Source: Solirubrobacterales bacterium
Lineage (GTDB): Bacteria; Actinomycetota; Thermoleophilia; Solirubrobacterales; JACPNS01
Assembly (NCBI GenBank): GCA_049276635.1
Contig: JBASWU010000049.1
Coordinates: 12,981 to 76,980, forward strand
DNA: 64,000 nt
Reading direction: 5' to 3'
The notes under the pieces are model-generated. The model saw nothing but the letters and a program-made list of their open reading frames with translations. It was not told the origin of the DNA and ran no database searches. Below are positions 31,685-39,101 of this stretch, piece after piece (positions within the stretch are counted from its first letter, which is position 1; the number at the start of each line of letters is the position of its first letter). The position numbers and the translations under genes are program-made.

Positions 31685-32430
31685 TGGTCGAGCTCTTCGA
31701 CGTCGAACATGCGCGCGAGCATCGCGCCGACTCGCTGCTCGACGACCCGCGCGCTGCGGTCGATGTGCACCCGCATCAGCGCGGCCGCGGCGTCAATCTC
31801 GCCGGTCAGGATCGCTTCGACGAGTTCGAGGTGTTCATCGATCGTGGTCTTGATGCGCGCGCCGGTCGTGAAGTCGTGGACGCGAAGGATACGGATCCGC
31901 TCGTTGATGTCGCGTAGGTATCGAACGGCGGGCTGGTTGCCGGCGGCGGCGGCGAGACGCTCGTGAAAAGCCTCGTCGGCGTGAACGAAATCCGGCGTCT
32001 CCAGCCCGGACGCGCCGCGCTTGTACCGCTCACCGAGATCGACCCAGACGTCGCGGAGATCCGTGAGTTTGCCGGTGTCGCCGGAGGCGGTCGCGCGACG
32101 AACCACGAGATCTTCGACCACCACGCGGACCTCGTAGAGCTCGCGGATCGTGCTCGCCTGCGGCGGCTGCGGCGTGATCCCGCCGTTTGCGTGCTTGACC
32201 ACGTGCCCGTCGGCCTGTAGGCGGTGTAGGGCTTCGCGTACCGGAGTGCGGCTGCAGCTGAAGCGATCAGCGAGATGTTCCTCGACCAATCGCTGGCCGT
32301 ACGGGAATTTTCCGAGCAGGAGATCCTGGCGGACCCCCTGATAGACGCGCTCGGCGATCGAGCGCGCGCCGCCAACGCCACCTCCGTCTGTGTGCAGCGT
32401 TGTATCCAGGTTTGTAGACACCGAGATCAT
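31681..32430 (-). CDS. GntR-family transcriptional regulator (FadR/FCD subfamily)
   Basis: N-terminal wHTH ([31 protein letters not shown]) plus a helical FCD-like C-domain. Its stop overlaps the ATPase start (ATGA), making it the first gene of the operon. Confidence 0.85.
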   Translation of the reverse strand: MISVSTNLDTTLHTDGGGVGGARSIAERVYQGVRQDLLLGKFPYGQRLVEEHLADRFSCSRTPVREALHRLQADGHVVKHANGGITPQPPQASTIRELYEVRVVVEDLVVRRATASGDTGKLTDLRDVWVDLGERYKRGASGLETPDFVHADEAFHERLAAAAGNQPAVRYLRDINERIRILRVHDFTTGARIKTTIDEHLELVEAILTGEIDAAAALMRVHIDRSARVVEQRVGAMLARMFDVEELDQ

Positions 32431-32564
32431 GGAAAGGCAAGCTATCCGCGGGCGACCGGCGTTACGTGGTCACGATGTACAAAATTCCGCGGTGGTTGTT
32501 GGCCACACGTGAGAAGTCGCCGGCCGGTGCGCATCGGCGAGCCCGCGGGGCCGGCAAGCGGCGG

Positions 32565-33020
32565 CTAGTCGGCGACGATCAGATACGTACCGACTGCCAG
32601 CAGCGCAACGCCGGCCAGCCGCGCCGTGCTCAGGGGCTGCTCCTGAACTCCGAAGGCGCCGAACCTGTCAAGCAGAACCGAAGCGGACAATTGTCCCGCG
32701 ATCGTCGCGGCGACGATGCCGGCGGCGCCGAGCGAGCCGACGGTGAAGATCACGGTCGAGATATAGGCCGCCCCGAGCAGCCCGCCGACGAAGTAGTACC
32801 AAGGCAGCGACGCGCCGGCGACCTTGCCGAAGCCACCACCGGCGACCAGCACGATCAGCGTGAGCAGGATCGTTCCGATGATGAACGAAACGGCGGCGGC
32901 CGGGAGCTTGCCGACCTCCTCGCCGAGCCGTCCGTTGATCGGCGCCTGAGCGGCGATCAGTCCGCCGGCCGCGGCGGTCAGAATGACGGCAAGGCCTTTA
33001 TCCATGCGCCGCCGTTCCAC
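32565..33020 (-). CDS. Small DMT-superfamily membrane protein (DUF606/YdcZ-like)
   Basis: 151 aa with 4-5 TM helices and an AQAPINGRLG motif near the N-terminus. Confidence 0.6.
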   Translation of the reverse strand: MERRRMDKGLAVILTAAAGGLIAAQAPINGRLGEEVGKLPAAAVSFIIGTILLTLIVLVAGGGFGKVAGASLPWYYFVGGLLGAAYISTVIFTVGSLGAAGIVAATIAGQLSASVLLDRFGAFGVQEQPLSTARLAGVALLAVGTYLIVAD

Positions 33021-33026
33021 CTCTAA

Positions 33027-35735
33027 TCACTTGGCTGCGAGCCAGTTTGGACCACTGCCGACGCTGACGCCGAGCGGCGGGTCCAGCGGGTAGGCGTCGG
33101 CCATCGCCGTGTGCGCGAGCTCGGCGATCTGGCCGGCCTCGGCCGCCGGGCCCTCGAACAGCAGTTCGTCGTGAATCTGCATCACGAGCTTGGTCTCGAC
33201 ATCGGCCTCGCGCAACGCCGCGCTGGCCTTGATCATCGCGATCTTGATGATGTCGGCGGCCGTCCCCTGGACCACGGTGTTGACCGCGAGGCGCTCACCC
33301 AGCTTGCGGGTCTGCACCTGACTGGAGCTGAGTTCGGGAATCGCGCGGCGACGGCCGAGCAGCGTCGTGACGTAGCCGTCCCGCTTGGCCTGCTCGACGG
33401 TCGAATCCATGAAGCGCTGGACACCGTCGAATCGCTCGAGGTACCGCTTGATGAACTCGGCGGCCTCGTCGCGCGGGATCTTCAGGCGATCACTGAGCCC
33501 GAACGCTCCCAGCCCGTAGATGATGCCGAAGTTGACCGCCTTGGCGCGGTCGCGGGTCGCGTGGTCGACGGCGGCCGGGTCGATGCCGAAGATCGCGGCG
33601 GCCGTCTCGGTGTGAACGTCCTCGCCCCGGCGGAAGATCTCGCGCAGGGTCTCGTCCTCGGCGACCTGGGCGAGCACGCGCAGTTCGACCTGGGAGTAGT
33701 CGGCGCTGGTCAGCAGGCAGCCTTCCTCGGCGACGAAGCACGCCCGGATCGTGGCGCCCAGCGGCGTGCGCACGGGAATGTTCTGCATGTTGGGATTGGT
33801 CGAGCTGAGCCGGCCGGTCGCCGCGCGGGTCTGGTCGAGCGTGGTGTGAATGCGGCCGTCCTTCGGCGAAATCATCTTCGGCAGCGCGTCGACGTAGGTG
33901 GACTTCAACTTGGTCAGCTCACGCCAGCGCTCGATCTTCTCGACGATCGGGTGTTCGCCGCGCAGTGAAGCGAGCACGCGAGCGTCGGTGGAGTATCCGG
34001 TCTTACCCTTGCGGCCGCGCGACAGCTCGAGCTTGTCGAAGAGGATCGGGGCGAGCTGCTTGGGCGAGCCGATCGTGAACTCCTCGCCGGCCAGCTCGTA
34101 GATATCGGCCTCCAGCTGCGCGATCTCGGCCTCGAACCCCTTTGACGCCTCGGCCAGCGCCTCGACGTCGAGCTTCATCCCGTTGCGTTCGATCTCGACG
34201 AGCACCGAGACGAGCGGGAGCTCGACCGTTTCGAAGATCTCGGTCAGGCCGAGCTCTTGGATCCGCGGTCTCTGAATCGCCGCGATGTCGGTCACGGCGC
34301 GCGCTTCGATCGCGAGGTCGCGCAGGGCCACGTCGATCGTCGCGTCCTCGGCCGTAGCCGGAACACCGCCGAACTCGATCAGCATTTCGCGGACGGCATA
34401 CTGGCGCCGGGCTGAATCGATCAGGTAACCGGCGATTCGCGTATCGTGCGCCAGCACGGGCACCGGACAGTCGCTGCCGTCGAGCTGTTCTTTCAAGTGG
34501 TGTGACACCACCGCCGTTGTGCCGATCGCGTCGACGATATCGCCGACGCGCGGCGCCAGGCCGACCAGCACCGGGCCGTCCGCAGCGATCACGGCAAAGC
34601 GCGTTTCCTCGCCGGCGGCTTGATTTGCGGCATCGGCGAGCAGAGAGTCGGCGGGGCCGTCCAGTCCGGCGGCCGCCGGACGCATCAGCAAGGTCAGCTC
34701 GCCGGCCTTCAACCCGCCCAGATCTTTGACGCCGGCCTCGCGCAGCTCGAGTTCGGCGCCGCGCGGCGACCCTGACGATCCCGTCTCTGACGCCGTCAAA
34801 TCCTTGAGTTCGGCTTCGATGGCGGCGAACTCTTCGGACTGAAACATCCGCTCGACGCGGCGCAGCGGCTCGCGCAGGTCGTGTTCGCGCAGCACCTCGC
34901 GCAACGCGGCCGGGTCGATCTTGCGTTCGAAGACGCGCTCGAAGCTGAAGTCCGGCACCTCGATGTCGCGGTGCATCGTCGCGAGCTGCTTGGAGATTCG
35001 TGCGAGATCGGCGTGCTCGGTGAGGTTCTCCTTGCGTTTGGTCCCGGAGATCTTGTCGACGCTCGAGAGCACGTCCTCCAGCGAGCCGAACTCCCGCAGC
35101 AGCAGCGCGGCCGTTTTGTCGCCGATCCCCGGAACGCCCGGGATGTTGTCGGACGTATCCCCCTTCAGGCCGATGAAGTCGGGTACGAGCTTGGGCGGAA
35201 TACCGTACCGCTCGATCACGGCCGCCTCGTCGTAGAGCTTCGTGTCGGTCACGCCGCGACCGGTCGCCATGATCGCGACCTTGCCGTCGTCGACCAACTG
35301 GAACGAGTCGCGATCGCCGGTCACCACGATCACCTCGTAACCCTTGGCCTTGGCCTGCTCGGCAAGGGAGGCGATCACGTCGTCGGCCTCCCATCCGTCG
35401 ACGCGCACGTTCTCGAAACCGAATGCCTGCGACAGCGGATAGAAATGCGGCCACTGCTCGCGCAAAGCGTCGGGCTTGGCGTCGCGCTGGGCCTTGTACG
35501 GCTCGTAGATCTCGCCGCGCCCGGAGAGCCCGGCGTCCCAAACCGCGACCACGGCCGGCTTCCCGTGCTCCTCGCCGACGATCTTGAGAAACATGTTCGC
35601 GAGACCGAACAGTGCGTTGGTCGGCATGCCGCTGCCGGACACGAATGTGTCCGGCAGCGCGAAGAAGGCGCGATAGGCGAGCGAGTTGCCGTCGAGCAGA
35701 TAGAGCTTGCGGCCGGGTGAAGACACGATGCGCAT
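33027..35735 (-). CDS. polA: DNA polymerase I
   Basis: 5'-nuclease N-terminus (LYLLDGNSLAYRAFFAL), then the pol domain with motif A (LTSADYSQVELRVLA), motif B (RDRAKAVNFGIIYG) and motif C (QIHDELLFE). I place the start at ATG 35735; the track ORF adds 40 unlikely residues. Confidence 0.96.
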   Translation of the reverse strand: MRIVSSPGRKLYLLDGNSLAYRAFFALPDTFVSGSGMPTNALFGLANMFLKIVGEEHGKPAVVAVWDAGLSGRGEIYEPYKAQRDAKPDALREQWPHFYPLSQAFGFENVRVDGWEADDVIASLAEQAKAKGYEVIVVTGDRDSFQLVDDGKVAIMATGRGVTDTKLYDEAAVIERYGIPPKLVPDFIGLKGDTSDNIPGVPGIGDKTAALLLREFGSLEDVLSSVDKISGTKRKENLTEHADLARISKQLATMHRDIEVPDFSFERVFERKIDPAALREVLREHDLREPLRRVERMFQSEEFAAIEAELKDLTASETGSSGSPRGAELELREAGVKDLGGLKAGELTLLMRPAAAGLDGPADSLLADAANQAAGEETRFAVIAADGPVLVGLAPRVGDIVDAIGTTAVVSHHLKEQLDGSDCPVPVLAHDTRIAGYLIDSARRQYAVREMLIEFGGVPATAEDATIDVALRDLAIEARAVTDIAAIQRPRIQELGLTEIFETVELPLVSVLVEIERNGMKLDVEALAEASKGFEAEIAQLEADIYELAGEEFTIGSPKQLAPILFDKLELSRGRKGKTGYSTDARVLASLRGEHPIVEKIERWRELTKLKSTYVDALPKMISPKDGRIHTTLDQTRAATGRLSSTNPNMQNIPVRTPLGATIRACFVAEEGCLLTSADYSQVELRVLAQVAEDETLREIFRRGEDVHTETAAAIFGIDPAAVDHATRDRAKAVNFGIIYGLGAFGLSDRLKIPRDEAAEFIKRYLERFDGVQRFMDSTVEQAKRDGYVTTLLGRRRAIPELSSSQVQTRKLGERLAVNTVVQGTAADIIKIAMIKASAALREADVETKLVMQIHDELLFEGPAAEAGQIAELAHTAMADAYPLDPPLGVSVGSGPNWLAAK

Positions 35736-35909
35736 CTTATGGCGCGGTGCGGGTGTCCAGGTTCGTCCATGCCCAGACCGCGGGGGCAGGCTCGGCATCA
35801 TGCGCAGAGAGTATGTTGACCCGACAGGGCTCGCGATGGCGTGCCTCGTGCCCATGCGCTTGGAACAAAAACCCCGGACGACTTCGTCCTTTGAGGAGAA
35901 CCAGAACCA

Positions 35910-36518
35910 ATGAAACGACTGACTAGGAAGTTCAATTCGCTTTCGGCCGCGACGCTCGTCATCTGCGTGACGATCGTCGTGTCTTCGGCCGTCACCGCGA
36001 CGGCGGCCAAGCTGATCACCGGCAAGCAGATCAAGAACAGTTAGATCACCGCCGCCGACATCAAGAACAAGTCGCTGACCGGTAGCGACATCAAGGACGC
36101 CACGATCGCCAAGGCCGATCTGAAGTCGGATGCTTTCGCCGCGGGGCCGCAGGGCCCGCAGGGTCCGGCGGGTGCGAGCGGAGCCGACGGCACCGCGCGG
36201 GCCTATGCCCAGGTGAACCCAGCCGGAGGGTCGTCGCTGGTCACCGCCAGGACCAAGGGCTTCTCCTCGGTCAGTCGCATCGCGACCGGCATTTACTGCC
36301 TGCAGCTGTCGGACTCATCGATCAACCCCGACAGTTTCCCCGCGGTGGCGACTGTGGAGTTCGGAAACACCGGTTCTCCGGGCGGGGAAACCGTCCAGGT
36401 GCGTGGGTCCAACGCCTCAATTCCCGACGCCTGCGCCGCCGGTCAATACGTGATTCGAACCTTCGATGAGACCAACGCCTTGGCGGACACGGTTGCGTTC
36501 ACAATGCTCGTGCCTTAG
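35910..36518 (+). pseudogene. Secreted collagen-like repeat protein interrupted by an in-frame TAG (36042-36044)
   Basis: GAGGAGA RBS, then ATG 35910. MKRLTRKFNSLSAATLVICVTIVVSSAVTATA signal peptide, then decapeptide repeats ITGKQIKNS* / ITAADIKNKS / LTGSDIKDAT / IAKADLKSDA, then GPQGPQGPAGASGADGTA. The same frame continues into track ORF 36213-36518. The stop sits where the repeat has S/T/A (TCG to TAG is one substitution). Confidence 0.6.
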
Positions 36519-36608
36519 CGCGACCACCATGCCGGTACCGGGACGCCCGGCCACCCGGGGATATGAGTCCCCAGGTCGGGATTGCTAACCGGCCAGGCCG
36601 TGGCGACC

Positions 36609-36644
36609 GCCGGATCGGTCGTCATTCACGACGACCGATCCGGC
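36609..36644. terminator. Perfect 15-bp-stem hairpin between the convergent collagen-like genes
   Basis: GCCGGATCGGTCGTC-attcac-GACGACCGATCCGGC, 11 nt from the stop of the minus-strand gene and 91 nt from the stop of the plus-strand gene. Confidence 0.65.
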
Positions 36645-36654
36645 GTACCGCGTA

Positions 36655-37434
36655 CTAGCCGAGCGAAGCGACCTCCGTCGCCTGCAGGCGAGCGCCGGCA
36701 AGGGGCACGCTGACCCCGTATCCGGCGCCGGTCACCGCGGTGTGCGCGGTGGCGCAGGTGATGACGATCGCCGGCGGCGGCGTCGCGACCGCCGTCAGGT
36801 CGACCGCGAACTGCACCGGAATGTTGATGTTGCCGAAGAACAGGGGATTGGCTCCCTGATCGGCGAGCGCGTTCGCCTTCCCGGTCGCCAGCACGTTGTC
36901 GTCCTGGTCGTATGCGGTGCAGACCCCCTGGAACGAGTCTGCCGCGTCGTCGGCGGTCATCTGCAGGTTGACGGATCCGTTGACCACGTACATCCCCGCC
37001 GGCAGAGACTTTGTCAGCACCGGAAGCTCCGCGCCAATGTCGTTCACGAGGTCGACCTGCGCCGCGTTGCTCTCGGCGAACGCGGCGACCGCGCCCGTCG
37101 CTCCGGTCGCGCCGGTCGCGCCGGTCGCTCCGTCTGCTCCGTCTGCACCGGTTGCCCCGGCCGCCCCGGTCGCACCCATCGCCCCGTTTGCCCCGGCCGG
37201 GCCGGTCGCGCCGGTCGCGCCGGCTTTCGCGTACTGCCTGGCATAGGAACTGGCGTACTTCTTGACCAGTTTGAGCTGCGCTTTCGTGAGCGCCGACCTA
37301 CTAGCGGATACCCCGGTTTCGCTGGACGCGCCGGCTACCGCGAACGCGGATGTCACGCCGATCGTCGCGAGCGCCGCTGCGACACACGCCACGACCAGCT
37401 TCACGCGGCCTGCCCCGAAAGTGTTCTTGAACAT
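36655..37434 (-). CDS. Secreted collagen-like (G-X-Y) repeat protein
   Basis: 259 aa from MFKNTFGAGRVKLVVACVAAALATIGVTSAFAVAGA (signal peptide), with a GGGAGG RBS. It has 14 uninterrupted G-X-Y triplets (GATGATGPAGANGAMGATGAAGATGADGADGATGATGATGATG) and then a C-terminal globular domain of about 145 aa. The 437-aa track ORF is an upstream artefact. Confidence 0.8.
   Translation of the reverse strand: MFKNTFGAGRVKLVVACVAAALATIGVTSAFAVAGASSETGVSASRSALTKAQLKLVKKYASSYARQYAKAGATGATGPAGANGAMGATGAAGATGADGADGATGATGATGATGAVAAFAESNAAQVDLVNDIGAELPVLTKSLPAGMYVVNGSVNLQMTADDAADSFQGVCTAYDQDDNVLATGKANALADQGANPLFFGNINIPVQFAVDLTAVATPPPAIVITCATAHTAVTGAGYGVSVPLAGARLQATEVASLG
37093..37221 (-). repeat. Imperfect 9-nt tandem repeat encoding the G-X-Y tract
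   Basis: The plus strand shows reiterated ccggtcgcgccggtcgcgccggtcgctcc... units. These are codons for Gly-Ala-Thr and variants, aa 72-114 of the protein. Confidence 0.8.
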
Positions 37435-37584
37435 GTTGGCCTCCCTGCCCTGGGGGGGACGCGCTGTCCCCCCGAACCTCGAATTGAAAAGACGCTCAAA
37501 GGTAGTCGCAGATCCGGCTCGCCGCCACCCCGATCTGGACGAATCGCAGGATTTCGCCCGGGGAGACATAACATGATCTGAGAC

Positions 37585-39054
37585 GTGGCAACCACCCCTT
37601 CCCCATCCGCCAGCTACAGCATCACCCTGACCGTGGCGATCGACAATCGCGAGGGCACACTGCCGCGCGTCACCGGGGCGATCAGCGAGTCCGGCGGCGA
37701 GATCACGGCGATCGACATCGTCGGGTCGCAGGAGGAGATGACGGTTCGCGACATCACCGTCAGCGCGCGCAATCAGGACCATTACCGCTCGATCATCGGC
37801 GCGCTGACCAACGTGCGCGGCGCGAAGCTGATCGAGACCACGGATCGCACCTTCAATATGCACCAGCACGGCAAGATCGAGATGCACAACAAACATCCCG
37901 TCAAGACTCGCGACGATCTCTCGATGGCCTACACCCCCGGCGTCGCCCGCGTCTGCATGGCAATCCACGAAAACCCCGAGAAGGCCTTCAAGTACACGAT
38001 CAAGGCCAACACGGTCGCCGTCGTAAGCGACGGTACCGCCGTACTCGGCCTCGGCGACATCGGGCCCGAAGCGGCGATGCCGGTGATGGAGGGCAAGGCG
38101 ATGCTCTTCAAGGAGTTCGCCGATGTCGACGCCTTCCCCATTTGCCTCGACACCAAGGACCCCGACGAAATCGTTCGCGCGGTCGAGCTGATGGCCCCGA
38201 CCTTCGGTGGCATCAATCTCGAAGATATTTCCTCGCCACGCTGTTTCGAGATCGAGCGCCGGCTCAAGGAATCACTGGACATCCCCGTCTTTCACGACGA
38301 CCAGCACGGCACCGCCGTCGTGGTCATCGCCGCGCTGCTCAACGCGTCGAAGGTGATCGACAAGCCGATCTCACAGATGCGAGTGCTGATGCTCGGGCTC
38401 GGAGCGGCCGGCATCGCGGTCACCGAGATGCTCGAATCGGCCGGCGTCAACGACATCATCGGCTGCGACCGCAAGGGCGCGCTGCACACCGAGCGCGAGG
38501 ACTGGGAGACGCTCGGGCCGGTCAAGCGGTGGTACGCGGAGCACACCAACAAGGACAAGGTCTCCGGTGCGCCCGACGAGGTCATCGAGGGCATCGACCT
38601 GCTGATCGGGCTTTCGGGCCCGGGCGTGATCCGCGCCGAGTCGCTGGCGAAGATGAATGCCGACCCGATCGTCTTCGCGATGGCCAACCCAACCCCGGAG
38701 GTCATGCCCGAGGAGGCCGCTCCCTTCGTGCGGATAATGGCCACCGGGCGCAGCGACTATCCCAACCAGATCAACAACGTTTTGTGCTTCCCCGGGATCT
38801 TCCGCGGCGCGATGGACGCCCGCGCGACCAAGATCACCGACGAGATGAAGATGGCGGCGGCCGAGGGCATCGCCGCGTGCGTCCCCGAGAACGAGGCCTC
38901 AGAGGACTACATCATCCCCTCCGTTTTCAACCGCGACGTCGCCAAGGAAGTCGCCAAGGCCGTCGAACATGAGGCCGCCCGCGGCGGCGTCGCCAAGCTT
39001 GAAGACGACTCCGGCGCGACGCTCGACCTGCCGGCCGTCGGCAGGCGTCGTTAG
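37585..39054 (+). CDS. NAD(P)-dependent malic enzyme with N-terminal ACT domain
   Basis: GTG start. An ACT-like segment of about 85 aa (SITLTVAIDNREGTLPRVTGAISESGGEITAIDIV...) is followed by DLSMAYTPGVARVC, VVSDGTAVLGLGDIGPEAAMPVMEGKA and GINLEDI malic-enzyme motifs. Confidence 0.9.
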   Translation: MATTPSPSASYSITLTVAIDNREGTLPRVTGAISESGGEITAIDIVGSQEEMTVRDITVSARNQDHYRSIIGALTNVRGAKLIETTDRTFNMHQHGKIEMHNKHPVKTRDDLSMAYTPGVARVCMAIHENPEKAFKYTIKANTVAVVSDGTAVLGLGDIGPEAAMPVMEGKAMLFKEFADVDAFPICLDTKDPDEIVRAVELMAPTFGGINLEDISSPRCFEIERRLKESLDIPVFHDDQHGTAVVVIAALLNASKVIDKPISQMRVLMLGLGAAGIAVTEMLESAGVNDIIGCDRKGALHTEREDWETLGPVKRWYAEHTNKDKVSGAPDEVIEGIDLLIGLSGPGVIRAESLAKMNADPIVFAMANPTPEVMPEEAAPFVRIMATGRSDYPNQINNVLCFPGIFRGAMDARATKITDEMKMAAAEGIAACVPENEASEDYIIPSVFNRDVAKEVAKAVEHEAARGGVAKLEDDSGATLDLPAVGRRR

Positions 39055-39101
39055 CCGGTCCGCACCGAAGGCCTGCCCTGCGTCGTTGGCGACCTGCGCG
39101 A

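Noticed and set aside
36042-36044. The in-frame TAG as pyrrolysine or another natural recoding signal.
   Set aside because: No pyl genes or PYLIS-like context are visible in the window. The codon sits at an S/T/A repeat position, one substitution from TCG. A nonsense mutation or sequencing error is the simpler explanation.
37093-37221. Short tandem DNA repeats that could be mistaken for a CRISPR or other non-coding repeat array.
   Set aside because: The units are 9 nt, have no spacers, and are in frame within a gene encoding G-X-Y triplets.
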